From contig JBDUDX010000093.1 of NCBI GenBank assembly GCA_040002735.1, positions 1-46,698 on the forward strand: 46,698 nt of DNA, in the 5' to 3' direction. Below the pieces are notes generated by a model. It saw only the letters and a list, made by a program, of their open reading frames with translations. It did not search any database and had not been told where the DNA came from. Numbering within the stretch: position 1 is the first letter of the stretch; each line of letters opens with the position of its first letter. Positions 33,778-42,726 of the stretch are shown in pieces. The stretch comes from Frankiaceae bacterium (lineage in GTDB: Bacteria; Actinomycetota; Actinomycetes; JADGOV01). Both the position numbers and the translations under genes were made by a program.

Positions 33778-35436
33778 GTGAGGCTCGACGCCAACGAGAA
33801 GGTCTTCGCCAACTATCTCGAGGCGGCGACCGCATTCTGGCGGCATAGCGTCCTGCCCGCCGCGGCCGGCGATCCCACCATCCTGGCGGAACTGTTCCCC
33901 GAGGACCTACGGGTGACCCTGCGCAACCTCACCTTGGCAAATGCGCTGCGCCGCTTCCAGCCAGCCCGCATCGTCGTGCTCACCGGGCGGGTCGACGGCT
34001 GGCACACCCGGGTATGGCCGGGTTTCGACGCCGACCGGGTGCGGGCGATGGCGACCGCGTTCGGTGCCAACGAGATCGTCGACATCAGGACACTGCTGGA
34101 CCGCGCGCCGGCGGGCGATGCGCGGTCGGAACGCCCGGACGTCGAAACTGACGCGGAGACTGACGTGGAGACTGTGGTCGCCGCCACGGCGCTGCGGTTG
34201 TGGCGGGCCCCGCGCCTCGAGCCGGCGCAAGCGGCCGGCCAGGACTACGCCAGGCTGCGGGAGCGGGGCGAGCGGTGGGCAGCGGCGCTGTCGGGTTTGT
34301 TCGCCGAGATGCGCCCGATCGCCTTCATCACCAGCCACGTCGACTATGACCTGTGGGGCCTGGCGGTGGAGACCGCCCGCCGCTGCGCCGTGCCGGTGAT
34401 ACACGTTCAGCAGACCGGCAATCTCAAGGCGTACGCGCTGTGGCCCGAGCATGATCGCGGGGAGGGGCCTTTCCGCGCGGAGATCACCCGTCAGGTGGGT
34501 GCGGTCTTCCAGCAACAGGTGTGGCCGTTGCGCGAGGAGATCCGGCGCAGCGCCGAGTTGGTGGTACATCGGTCGAAGTACAACCTCGGCCGTCCGTCCT
34601 GGTGGCGCAGCACCGCGAACGCGTGGGTACAGCTGGACAACGTGACCCAGCGCCAGCAGGTGCGCGCTCATGTGGCGGCTCGCCTCGGTTGGGATCCCGA
34701 GTTGCCGGTCGTGACGGTCTATAACCACGCCATCTCCGACGCACTGGGCACGAACCGCGAGGTCTTCCCCGACCTGGCCACCTGGTTCGAACGGACCGCG
34801 GAGTACGCAAGCGGCCGGACCGACGTCAACTGGCTGCTCTTGGATCACCCTTCGCAGGCGTTGTACGACGAGACCGGCTTCTTCGCCACGCTGGCCGGGA
34901 AACACGCCCACGACGCGCATCTGGTCTTCCGGCCGAGCGAGGCGCTCAGCAAGAACGCGATCTGGTCGCTCACCGACCTCGGCGTGACGGTGCGGGGCAG
35001 CGTGAGCAACGAGCTGCCGGCGTACGGCATACCGGTCCTGCAGGCGGGCTGGTCGGAGTGGAGCGCCTGCGGCCTGAGCCTCGTGGCCACCGACGAGGCG
35101 GACTACTGGCGCCTGCTCGAGGACTCCCTCGGCCGACTGTGCCGCGACGAGCCGGTGATCACCGAGGAACAAGTGCAGCGGGCCCGGTTGTGGATGTGGC
35201 TGTATCGGGCGGCCGCCGACGTGGTCAGCCCGCTCGTACCGCACTGGGAGAACCTCACGACCGACGAGGTGCTGCTGTTCCTTTCGGTCACCATGCGCCA
35301 CGTGGAAAGCGACGGGGACGCCCTGTTTCTCGCGGTACGTCGGATGTGGAGGAATCAGGAGCCGCTGCTCAGCGGGCTCGATCTCACCTCCCCGGCGGAT
35401 GTGGTCGCGGCCGTGTTGCCGGCCACCAGCCAATGA
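33778..35436 (+). CDS. Hypothetical protein, possibly KpsS/KpsC-like capsule-polysaccharide biosynthesis (Capsule_synth-like) transferase
   Basis: ORF 33778..35436 (GTG after GAGGGGTGA) with strong G/C third-position bias. The C-terminal half resembles the Capsule_synth logic (VVTVYNHAISDALG, WLLLDHPSQ, VTVRGSVSNELPAYGIPVLQAG). The functional call is weak. Confidence 0.55.
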   Translation: MRLDANEKVFANYLEAATAFWRHSVLPAAAGDPTILAELFPEDLRVTLRNLTLANALRRFQPARIVVLTGRVDGWHTRVWPGFDADRVRAMATAFGANEIVDIRTLLDRAPAGDARSERPDVETDAETDVETVVAATALRLWRAPRLEPAQAAGQDYARLRERGERWAAALSGLFAEMRPIAFITSHVDYDLWGLAVETARRCAVPVIHVQQTGNLKAYALWPEHDRGEGPFRAEITRQVGAVFQQQVWPLREEIRRSAELVVHRSKYNLGRPSWWRSTANAWVQLDNVTQRQQVRAHVAARLGWDPELPVVTVYNHAISDALGTNREVFPDLATWFERTAEYASGRTDVNWLLLDHPSQALYDETGFFATLAGKHAHDAHLVFRPSEALSKNAIWSLTDLGVTVRGSVSNELPAYGIPVLQAGWSEWSACGLSLVATDEADYWRLLEDSLGRLCRDEPVITEEQVQRARLWMWLYRAAADVVSPLVPHWENLTTDEVLLFLSVTMRHVESDGDALFLAVRRMWRNQEPLLSGLDLTSPADVVAAVLPATSQ

Positions 35437-36422
35437 GGGGGCGGGACGCGGGGCTTCGGCTGTCCACCTCCTACGACGACGTCGTGCACCCGCGGCCGCT
35501 ACCCGTCAGCTTTACGCGCGGGGACGACCCGGCCGTCCAGTTGATCGACGGATTCGTCCGCGGCCGGCAGAGCCTCGGACGATTCGCGGTGGCAACGGGC
35601 CTGGTGGGGTTTCGGGTGGCTGCCGACGCGCGGCCGGTCCGGGTCACGGTCCAACTCCGAGCCGACGAAGTGTCCGCGAAGTACTGGACGGGTCGCGTCG
35701 CTGAGCCGCTCGGCGTGGCCGGCGACCCCTCCGCCCCTCGGGTGCTGCAACTGAAGAGCCAGGGGCGGGTACGGGGGGCGGTACTGCTGTGCCGGGCGCC
35801 GTGGGCAGCGGAGGGCACCCCGGTACGCGGTGCGCTCCGCTTCGGCCTGGCACCGGAGGAGTTGCCGGCGGATGGGCTGCTCTTGATCGAGGTCGCCGAT
35901 GCCCCCGGACTCGCCGTCGGCGAGGGATCTCCGCTGCTGCCGCATGCCGCGGTCGGCGTGGAACCCACCGAGGTCGCCGTCGAGACCGCCGGGATGGCGC
36001 AGCCGCCGCCCCGCGGAACGCTGGACGCGGTCACGGCGGAGCGGCACGGCTGGTTGGCTACCGGTGACCTTCCTCCCCAGGAGGGCGTGGGGGCGCGGAC
36101 GGTGCGCTCCGGCGTATTCCTCCTCGATCTGCCGGCCCAGGACCGTCGACCCGGCGCGGTGACGGTCTCGCTGAGCCCGCGCAACCAGCCCGCGGCAACC
36201 ACCGGCAAGGCAGGTTGGCGCACACCCTCCGTCGGCGCGACGCTGCACGCCAAGGCCGTATCGATGATCGATGGCTCCGCCGTCGGTACCGAGTTGTCGA
36301 CCAAGGGCGACAGCACCCGGCTCACGGTGTGCGGGCCGGTTCCGGGGGCGGTACGCGTACATCTCGCCGGCGCGGAAGCCTCGAACTGGAACATCACGAC
36401 GGTGACCGGCTATGACGGCTGA
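35433..36422 (+). CDS. Hypothetical cytoplasmic protein (329 aa), no recognisable family
   Basis: ATG 35433 overlaps the upstream stop (ATGA). G/C third-position bias is high (3 of the first 38 codons end in A/T). No signal peptide or TM segment; Val/Ala/Gly/Arg-rich, beta-like. Confidence 0.7.
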   Translation: MRGRDAGLRLSTSYDDVVHPRPLPVSFTRGDDPAVQLIDGFVRGRQSLGRFAVATGLVGFRVAADARPVRVTVQLRADEVSAKYWTGRVAEPLGVAGDPSAPRVLQLKSQGRVRGAVLLCRAPWAAEGTPVRGALRFGLAPEELPADGLLLIEVADAPGLAVGEGSPLLPHAAVGVEPTEVAVETAGMAQPPPRGTLDAVTAERHGWLATGDLPPQEGVGARTVRSGVFLLDLPAQDRRPGAVTVSLSPRNQPAATTGKAGWRTPSVGATLHAKAVSMIDGSAVGTELSTKGDSTRLTVCGPVPGAVRVHLAGAEASNWNITTVTGYDG

Positions 36423-36446
36423 AATCCCGCCGTCAACAGGAGACCT

Positions 36447-38741
36447 GTGGCGCAGGTGACCCTGGCCGGGTCGGCGGCCGCGCCCGGCAGCGCCCCCCCG
36501 AAGGCCCGACGTTTCCCGGGCCTGCTCGCCGGGTGGTCCCCGGTACTCGCGGCCGGGGGCTTGCTGCTTCAGGCCCTTCGCGCCGGGCTGCCCGCGTCGA
36601 GCGCGGGACGCGCCCTCGCCGCCGTGCTTGTCACCCAGATGCTTCCCGGCGTGTCGCTGTGGCGCTGCGTACGGCCGCTGCGCGGCTGGTGGATCGAAGA
36701 CGTCGCGATGGGTTTCGCGCTGGGCGTCATGATCGCCGTCCCGGCGCAGACACTCGCCGGCCTCACCGGGATACCCGCGATCGCCGGGGGCTTCGGGCCA
36801 GCGGTCGCGGCCGCCCTCTGGGCGATACCGGGCACCCGGCACCGCATTCGGGAAGCCATCACCGAGCCGCTCCCGATGTGGTGGGCACCGGCGGTGGCTG
36901 CGGTGTCGCTGTTCGGCGTCACGCAGCTGCGGTCGGCGTATCGGCTCACCCCGCTGAGCTGGCCGGCCGGCTTCCGCACCTCCTACGTCGATACCTACTT
37001 CCACCTGTCGCTGGCTGCGGAGTTGGCCCACCGCGGTCCGACAACGTTCCCCTGGGTAGCCAGTGAGCCGTTGGCGTACCACTGGTTCAGTCACGCCTGG
37101 ATCGCCCAAGTCTCGGTCGCCTCCGGCGCTCCGCTGGACGAGGTGCTGCTGCGGTTCACGCCCGCGCTGATGCCGCTGCTGGTGGCCTTCGTGGTCGCCG
37201 CGGCAGCTCTGCGACTCACCGGCCGCGCATGGGCCGGGCCCCTCGCCGCGCTACTCACCCTGGCCGGCGGCGACCTCAACGTGTTCGGCAAGGCATCTCC
37301 GGACGACTACAGCCACGCCGTTGACGCGCTGTCGCCGAGTCTCGGCCTCGCCGCCCCCTCCCTGATCGCGGTGGTGGTAGTGATCGGGCTGTACTGGGGG
37401 GGGCAGATGCGCGGCGGCGGTCTGCTGCTCGTTCCGGTGCTGACGCTGATGGCGACGGGGGCCAAGGGCTCGGCAACGCCGCTGCTCCTGGCCGGGCTGG
37501 TGCTCGCCGCCGCCGCCATGCTGGTGGCGAACCGGTCGGCGCTTCGGTCGGTGCTGGTTCCGCTCGGTCTGGTGCTCGGCGCGCTGGCGCTGGCGGTGGT
37601 GGTGGTCTTCCGCGGTTCGGAGCCCGGCCTGCACTTCGCGCCGCTGGCCGCCCTCCGGCAGACGCCGGCCGCCATCTGGTTCGGGGGCGCGCGCGGCGCC
37701 GGCATGCTCGCCGTCGTGGCGGTCGTCACGATGGCCGCCGTCCTGTCCCGTGGACTCGGAGTGCTCGGCGCGCTCGGTAGCCGAGCTGGCCGGCGCGATC
37801 CGCTGCCGTGGCTCTTCGCCGGGGCGGGCCTGGCCGCGGCCGGTGCGGTGGTGACGCTGTCCCATCCCAGCCTCAGTCAGTGGTACTTCGCTCGCAGCGC
37901 CGCACCGCTGCTGGCGCTCGGGTCCGCTGTGGGTTTGGTGGCGTTGGCGGACCGGCTGGGTCCCCGGATGGGCCCGGCCGCGGTGGTCGGCGTGCTCGCC
38001 GGCCCGGCGTTGTGCCTGCTGCCAGCGGCCGTCTTCGGGTCAGTGACCCCAGGCTCCGGTCTGCCCCGGGCGGCGCTGTTGGTGGGCGTAGCCGGGGTTG
38101 TCCTGATCTCGGCGGCTGGCGCTGTGGCCGCGGGATCGGCCCGCGGCCGGGTTGCGCTGGCCGGCACGGCGGGGGCAACCGTCCTGGTCGCCGTCCTCGC
38201 CGGTGGGGTCAGCCAGGTTGCGAAGGATCAGGTGACGACGGCACCCGCCCCGCCCTCGAAGCCGGTGTCCGCCTCCGCGCCGCTCGCGGTCTCTCGCGAC
38301 CAGGTCAACGCGGCGCGCTGGATTCGGGACCACTCCGATGTGGACGATCTCGTCATGACGAACCGGCACTGCATCACCCCGGTCGCGCCACGCCGTTGTG
38401 ACAGCCGATGGTGGGTGGTCGCCGCGTACAGCGAGCGGCAGATGCTCCTGGAGGGATGGACCGGCACCCCGCGGGCAGCCGCGATCGGGGACCGTACGAA
38501 GAATCGGGATCACGCCGCGATCTACGTGGACTACTGGCACCCGGACCTGCTGCGGCTCAACGACGGCTTCATCGCCCACCCCGACGCAACCGCCCTGCGC
38601 CGACTGCAAGCGCTCGGCGTGCGCTGGGTCTTCGTCGACCACACCCGGCCGCACGCGACGACACTGGCGCCGTACGCCGTTCCGCGACTGCGTAATCCAG
38701 GCGTGGACGTGTACGAAATACCGCCTACTTCGAAGCCGTAG
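36447..38741 (+). CDS. Polytopic membrane protein (764 aa), GT-C-like glycosyltransferase/polymerase candidate
   Basis: GTG 36447 follows AGGAG. It has more than 12 hydrophobic segments, an early loop motif SYVDTYFHLSLAAELAHRG...LAYHWFSHAWIAQ, and a ~170-aa soluble C-terminal domain (VSRDQVNAARWIRDHSD...GVRWVFVDHT). The fold assignment is inferred. Confidence 0.6.
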   Translation: MAQVTLAGSAAAPGSAPPKARRFPGLLAGWSPVLAAGGLLLQALRAGLPASSAGRALAAVLVTQMLPGVSLWRCVRPLRGWWIEDVAMGFALGVMIAVPAQTLAGLTGIPAIAGGFGPAVAAALWAIPGTRHRIREAITEPLPMWWAPAVAAVSLFGVTQLRSAYRLTPLSWPAGFRTSYVDTYFHLSLAAELAHRGPTTFPWVASEPLAYHWFSHAWIAQVSVASGAPLDEVLLRFTPALMPLLVAFVVAAAALRLTGRAWAGPLAALLTLAGGDLNVFGKASPDDYSHAVDALSPSLGLAAPSLIAVVVVIGLYWGGQMRGGGLLLVPVLTLMATGAKGSATPLLLAGLVLAAAAMLVANRSALRSVLVPLGLVLGALALAVVVVFRGSEPGLHFAPLAALRQTPAAIWFGGARGAGMLAVVAVVTMAAVLSRGLGVLGALGSRAGRRDPLPWLFAGAGLAAAGAVVTLSHPSLSQWYFARSAAPLLALGSAVGLVALADRLGPRMGPAAVVGVLAGPALCLLPAAVFGSVTPGSGLPRAALLVGVAGVVLISAAGAVAAGSARGRVALAGTAGATVLVAVLAGGVSQVAKDQVTTAPAPPSKPVSASAPLAVSRDQVNAARWIRDHSDVDDLVMTNRHCITPVAPRRCDSRWWVVAAYSERQMLLEGWTGTPRAAAIGDRTKNRDHAAIYVDYWHPDLLRLNDGFIAHPDATALRRLQALGVRWVFVDHTRPHATTLAPYAVPRLRNPGVDVYEIPPTSKP

Positions 38742-39330
38742 CGGCCACCACGACGAATTCGTTGTACACGAACAGCCTGCCGGCAAACCGCGGGAACGGG
38801 AACGACAACGTCCGGGTAACCGTGAGCCCCACCCGCTCGCACAGCCCGGAGATCTTGTCGAAATCGAAGTACACCGTATGGGTGGCGTCGGAGGCGAAGC
38901 CGCGCTCCTGCGGGCAGATCAGCAGGGCAACGGCTCCCGGCTCCAGGTAGGGCAAGTACGACTGGACCACCTGCGTCTCCTCGCCGGGCGGCAGGTGTTC
39001 CAGGACGTGCGCCATCAGCATTCCGTCGAAGGTGCCGATGTCGACGGTCGCCAGGTCCTCCGGGGTGTACGCGCGCAGCCCCAGCGATCGGCAGTGCTCC
39101 ACCGAGTACCGGTTGTGGTCCACTCCGACACTGCCGGCGGACAAGGCCGTGAGGTTGCGCCCGATACCGCACCCGACGTCCAGTACTCGGCGGTCCCCCA
39201 GCAGCCGCTGCAGGTTCCAGCGGTACGGCCGCTGAACATCGAGCCTCTGTTTCCAGCCGACCCCGGTCAGCGTGACCAAGCGCTCGGTGTACTCCCGATC
39301 CGCGGTGTCCGGATGCCCCTCGTCGACCAT
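38725..39330 (-). CDS. Class I SAM-dependent methyltransferase
   Basis: VLDVGCGIGRNL (motif I), FDGMLMAHVLEHL, LEPGAVALLICP. Confidence 0.85.
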   Translation of the reverse strand: MVDEGHPDTADREYTERLVTLTGVGWKQRLDVQRPYRWNLQRLLGDRRVLDVGCGIGRNLTALSAGSVGVDHNRYSVEHCRSLGLRAYTPEDLATVDIGTFDGMLMAHVLEHLPPGEETQVVQSYLPYLEPGAVALLICPQERGFASDATHTVYFDFDKISGLCERVGLTVTRTLSFPFPRFAGRLFVYNEFVVVAATASK

Positions 39331-39339
39331 CGCCCGAAC

Positions 39340-40203
39340 CTATCCCGCGGCCGTCCCCGGCTTCTTGCTCGGTATCCGCAACCATAGGTAGGTGGCGCGT
39401 CGGATCAACGCCATCAGCACGACCCGCGCATTTCCGAGCCGCACGTCCCCCGTCGAGAGCAGCGTCGGGTGCTGGGCCCGCAGCGCGCGGTGGAAGTTCT
39501 GCGCCTGCGCCGTCTGTTGCCGGGCGAGCGCCACGCTCCACTGCCCGGCGCTCACCCGGAACGCGGCCAGCGTGACCGGCAGGGCGACGATGTCCGCGTC
39601 GAGCATCAGAGCGATGTAGCTCGCCTGGTCGATGAGGTACGGGAACTCGCTGTTCCACCAGCCGACCCGCTCCAGCGCGGCTCGCCGGACCAGTACGCAG
39701 GCGGGCTCCCCGAAGATGTTGCTGCCCACTCGAACCGCGCGGCGGGCGCCTTCTCGGCCAGTGACCAGCCCTTTCAGCCCGGCCAGCCCCCGGCCCCGCA
39801 CGATGGGTCGGCCGTCGGCGTCGACGATGTCCCGCTGAGCGGCGACGAGGACGGCTGTCGGGTGGGCGTCGAAGGCGGCCACCTGCTGGGACAACGCGGT
39901 CGGTACCAGCAGGTCGTCACCGCACACCAACTTGAGCAACTCGCCGGTGGCGGCCTGACTGACCCGGTTCCAATTACGCAGCGCGCCGCCGCCGGCTTCG
40001 GTGGTCAACAGCCGCACCCGGGGGTGTTCGGCGTAGCGCTGCAGAAGGGCGGCCGTGCCATCCGTCGAAGAGTGGTCGGCGACGATTACCTCGAAGTCGT
40101 CGTAGTCCTGCGCCAACACCGACTCCAGAGTGTCGATGAGATACGCCGCGTTGTTGTATGCCGGGATCACCACGGATACCCGCGGGGCGCTCATGCCCGT
40201 CAC
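39340..40203 (-). CDS. Family 2 glycosyltransferase
   Basis: VSVVIPAYNNAAYLIDTLESVLAQDYDDFEVIVADHSSTDGT, and a DD pair in VCGDDLL. GTG 40203 overlaps the GtrA stop (GTGA); ATG 40194 is an alternative. Confidence 0.85.
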   Translation of the reverse strand: MTGMSAPRVSVVIPAYNNAAYLIDTLESVLAQDYDDFEVIVADHSSTDGTAALLQRYAEHPRVRLLTTEAGGGALRNWNRVSQAATGELLKLVCGDDLLVPTALSQQVAAFDAHPTAVLVAAQRDIVDADGRPIVRGRGLAGLKGLVTGREGARRAVRVGSNIFGEPACVLVRRAALERVGWWNSEFPYLIDQASYIALMLDADIVALPVTLAAFRVSAGQWSVALARQQTAQAQNFHRALRAQHPTLLSTGDVRLGNARVVLMALIRRATYLWLRIPSKKPGTAAG

Positions 40204-40610
40204 CGCCTAAAAGAGAAGTCGCGGTAACCGAAGTAGACCCCGAGCGCCAGGATGGGCGTGATGACCAACTGGGAGCGGATGACCGGGAAGCCGAACTTGG
40301 TCACCGCCACCGTCATCGCCACCATATTCAGCGCAAAGCTGGTGAAGGTCACTGCGGTGAAGCGCCACAGATCCCGAAGAAAATGGCCCCGTACCCGAAA
40401 GACCAGGAACCGGTACAGCAGGAATGCCGTCATCACGTTGCAGAGGTAGGCGGCGACCAGGTTGGCGTGGTAACCGAGATGTTTTCCGGTCAGCGATTGC
40501 CAGCCGACGAACCACAGGGTGGCGGATGCCGTATTGAAGGCACCCACCCCCAGGAAGGCCACTTTCTGGTTGGTGACGATGCGCAGTAGGGGACCGGGTT
40601 CACCGACCAT
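40200..40610 (-). CDS. GtrA-family small membrane protein (lipid-linked sugar translocation-associated)
   Basis: From ATG 40610: 136 aa, four TM segments, FLGVGAFNTASATLWFVGW ... FLVFR ... VITPILALGVYFGYRDFSF. Confidence 0.8.
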   Translation of the reverse strand: MVGEPGPLLRIVTNQKVAFLGVGAFNTASATLWFVGWQSLTGKHLGYHANLVAAYLCNVMTAFLLYRFLVFRVRGHFLRDLWRFTAVTFTSFALNMVAMTVAVTKFGFPVIRSQLVITPILALGVYFGYRDFSFRR

Positions 40611-40638
40611 TCCCGCGGGGGGCGTCGTGGTCACCGGG

Positions 40639-41571
40639 CTATCCGAGGAGCGCACGTCGCGTGGCTTCCAGGGTGGCGGCGACTCCGGTGTCCAACGGCA
40701 CCTGCTGCCGGTAGTCGAGGTCGGGCCGTATGACCGATCGGAGTCGTAGGTCACGAGCCTGCGCCTCGGCCCGCTTCGACGTGGCCAGCACAACCTGCGG
40801 GCGCCGCCGGAAGACGGCGGAACACTTCCCGACGACCGCTCCGAGAGTCACGCTGCGCCCTGATCCATAGATCTTGACGGTATGCCGGGCAGGCATGGCG
40901 CGGGACGACGCCAACGTATCCGCGACCATCGAGGCGGCATCGGAGACGAACAGGTAGTCGCGAATCGTGTCCAGCGGAACGTAGATCCACACCGGCTGGC
41001 GAAGCAGAAATCCACGACACAACTGCGAAACGATGCCCTGCGGTTTGCCGAGGTTCTGTCCTGGCCCGTAGAGGTTGGCGAATCGAGCGCTGATGACCGA
41101 CGCCCCGGTCGCGGCGCTGAAGGCACCGGCCGCGCGTTCGGCGGCGAGTTTGGCCCAGCCGTATGAGGTGAGGGGGGCCACCGGGCTGTGTTCGGTGTGC
41201 GGTGCGCCCGCTGCCCCGGCGTACACCGCACCGGCCGAGGACGCGTGCAGGACTGTGCCCTGCTCGGCCGAGTCGGCGGTCGCCTCCCGCAGCGCCGCCA
41301 GCACCGCACCGAAGACCGCGTTCTCCACCGCCACCACCTCGGAGTTGCTCGCCGTAACGCCGGCCCCGGCGCACCAGAGGAGTTGCCACGGTCCTTGCGC
41401 TGCGCTGTCAACCAGCGCCCGCGCGTCCGCGCGCAGCGCAGCAGCGGCGGCCACCGGATCTGCCCACGGGACCGCAGACGCCCGAACGTCGCCCCCTCGG
41501 CGGCGCAACTCATGCGTGACGGTGCTACCGAGCAGGCCGCGACTGCCGACCACCCAGGTCGGCCCGGTCAT
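40639..41571 (-). CDS. NAD-dependent epimerase/dehydratase (SDR extended family)
   Basis: WVVGSRGLLGSTV (degenerate Rossmann motif), SSAGAVYG, YGWAKLAAE (YxxxK). The start overlaps the upstream GT2 stop (ATGA 41568..41571). Confidence 0.8.
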   Translation of the reverse strand: MTGPTWVVGSRGLLGSTVTHELRRRGGDVRASAVPWADPVAAAAALRADARALVDSAAQGPWQLLWCAGAGVTASNSEVVAVENAVFGAVLAALREATADSAEQGTVLHASSAGAVYAGAAGAPHTEHSPVAPLTSYGWAKLAAERAAGAFSAATGASVISARFANLYGPGQNLGKPQGIVSQLCRGFLLRQPVWIYVPLDTIRDYLFVSDAASMVADTLASSRAMPARHTVKIYGSGRSVTLGAVVGKCSAVFRRRPQVVLATSKRAEAQARDLRLRSVIRPDLDYRQQVPLDTGVAATLEATRRALLG

Positions 41572-42632
41572 CGCGGCCGATCGATGCTGGAGGGAGCCGG
41601 CACATGATCTTCGGGTCGAGTGTTGCGGGCCCGACCGAGCGGCCCGGCGCCGGGGTCGCTGGTGATGAGGTACGCGGGCTTGCCCATCGCCATGTTCACG
41701 CTGACGCCGATGTACTCCGCGATCACGCCGAGGGAGAACAGGATCGCGCCGGTACTCAGCAGAACCACCACCATGGTGGAGGTCCAGCCTCGGACGCCAC
41801 TCCCCGTCGAGCCGGCGAAGAAGATCGTCGAAACCAGGATGTACGCCACCAGCAGCCCACCGAGCAACGCGAACGCCAACCCCAGAATGCTGACGATGCG
41901 CAGCCCTTTCGTGCCGCTGGAGAGCACCATCCGCCAGAAGTGCGAGAGCAGCGTCCGGAGCCGATAGCCGGATCGGCGGTCATGCTCATCGCGCAGGGCG
42001 ACCGGACTGGTGCTCACGCTGCCGGCGATCCAGCCGAGCGCCACGTCCAGGTACACCCCCGACCCGGCGTAGGCCGCAACCGCCCGGCCGGTCTCGCCCA
42101 GGACGAGGCGAAAGCTCTGGTACTCCGACGCCCCCTTCCCCGCCAAGGCCCGGGCCACGATCCACTTCGCTGTTGCGGATGCGGCATTGCGGGCGAAGCC
42201 GTGCGGCGCCGGATTGGTCGGTTGGGCGTAGACCACGCTCGACTGGGTGCGCAGCGCGGTGTCCAGCAGCCCGCCGATGTCGGCCGGATCGTGTTGGCCG
42301 TCCTCGTCCATCGTGACGATCCACTCGCCCCCGCTGGAGGCCATCCCGGCCAGGGTCGCGGCGTGCTGACCGTAGTTGCGGGAGAGCCAGACCGGCCGGA
42401 CCACATCATGCATGACCGCAAGATCGCGGATTACCGCGGCCGAGTCGTCCGGTCCGTGGTCGAAAACGAGCAGCACCTCTTCCACCAGGAAGGGGTGCCC
42501 GTCGGGCGTGTGCTGCGGCTTCGCGAGCGGCCGAATCTCGTCGAGAAGCCGCCGTAAGGTCAACTCGCCTTGGTAGACCGGGATAACGATCGAGACGCGG
42601 TGCGGACGAGCCGCACCCTCGGCGTCATCCAT
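41568..42632 (-). CDS. Polyprenol-phosphate glycosyltransferase (GT2; GtrB/DPM1/ArnC-like) with C-terminal TM segments
   Basis: From ATG 42632: VSIVIPVYQGELTLRRLLDEI, VFDHGPDDS, IVTMDEDGQHDP (DxD), then two TM helices (IVSILGLAFALLGGLLVAYILV, MVVVLLSTGAILFSLGVIAEYI). Confidence 0.8.
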   Translation of the reverse strand: MDDAEGAARPHRVSIVIPVYQGELTLRRLLDEIRPLAKPQHTPDGHPFLVEEVLLVFDHGPDDSAAVIRDLAVMHDVVRPVWLSRNYGQHAATLAGMASSGGEWIVTMDEDGQHDPADIGGLLDTALRTQSSVVYAQPTNPAPHGFARNAASATAKWIVARALAGKGASEYQSFRLVLGETGRAVAAYAGSGVYLDVALGWIAGSVSTSPVALRDEHDRRSGYRLRTLLSHFWRMVLSSGTKGLRIVSILGLAFALLGGLLVAYILVSTIFFAGSTGSGVRGWTSTMVVVLLSTGAILFSLGVIAEYIGVSVNMAMGKPAYLITSDPGAGPLGRARNTRPEDHVPAPSSIDRPR

Positions 42633-42726
42633 CACAACGGCCAAGTGTAAGCGTGCGGCGCCCCGCACACGACGGAGCGACCGACACCCGAAGGTGCCGG
42701 CCGCTCCGTTGCTTACTACGTGCTGG

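Noticed and set aside
33389-33835. 148-aa minus-strand ORF covering the divergent intergenic region.
   Set aside because: The translation is Arg/Pro/Ser/Gly-rich with no coding-bias pattern. It overlaps the start of the 33778 gene, and the region is better explained by promoter and hairpin elements.
34141-34175. Short direct repeat gagactgacg(c/t)ggagactg, encoding ETDAETDVETV.
   Set aside because: Only about 2 copies of a 12-mer, in frame, within an acidic linker. It is a trivial low-complexity coding sequence.
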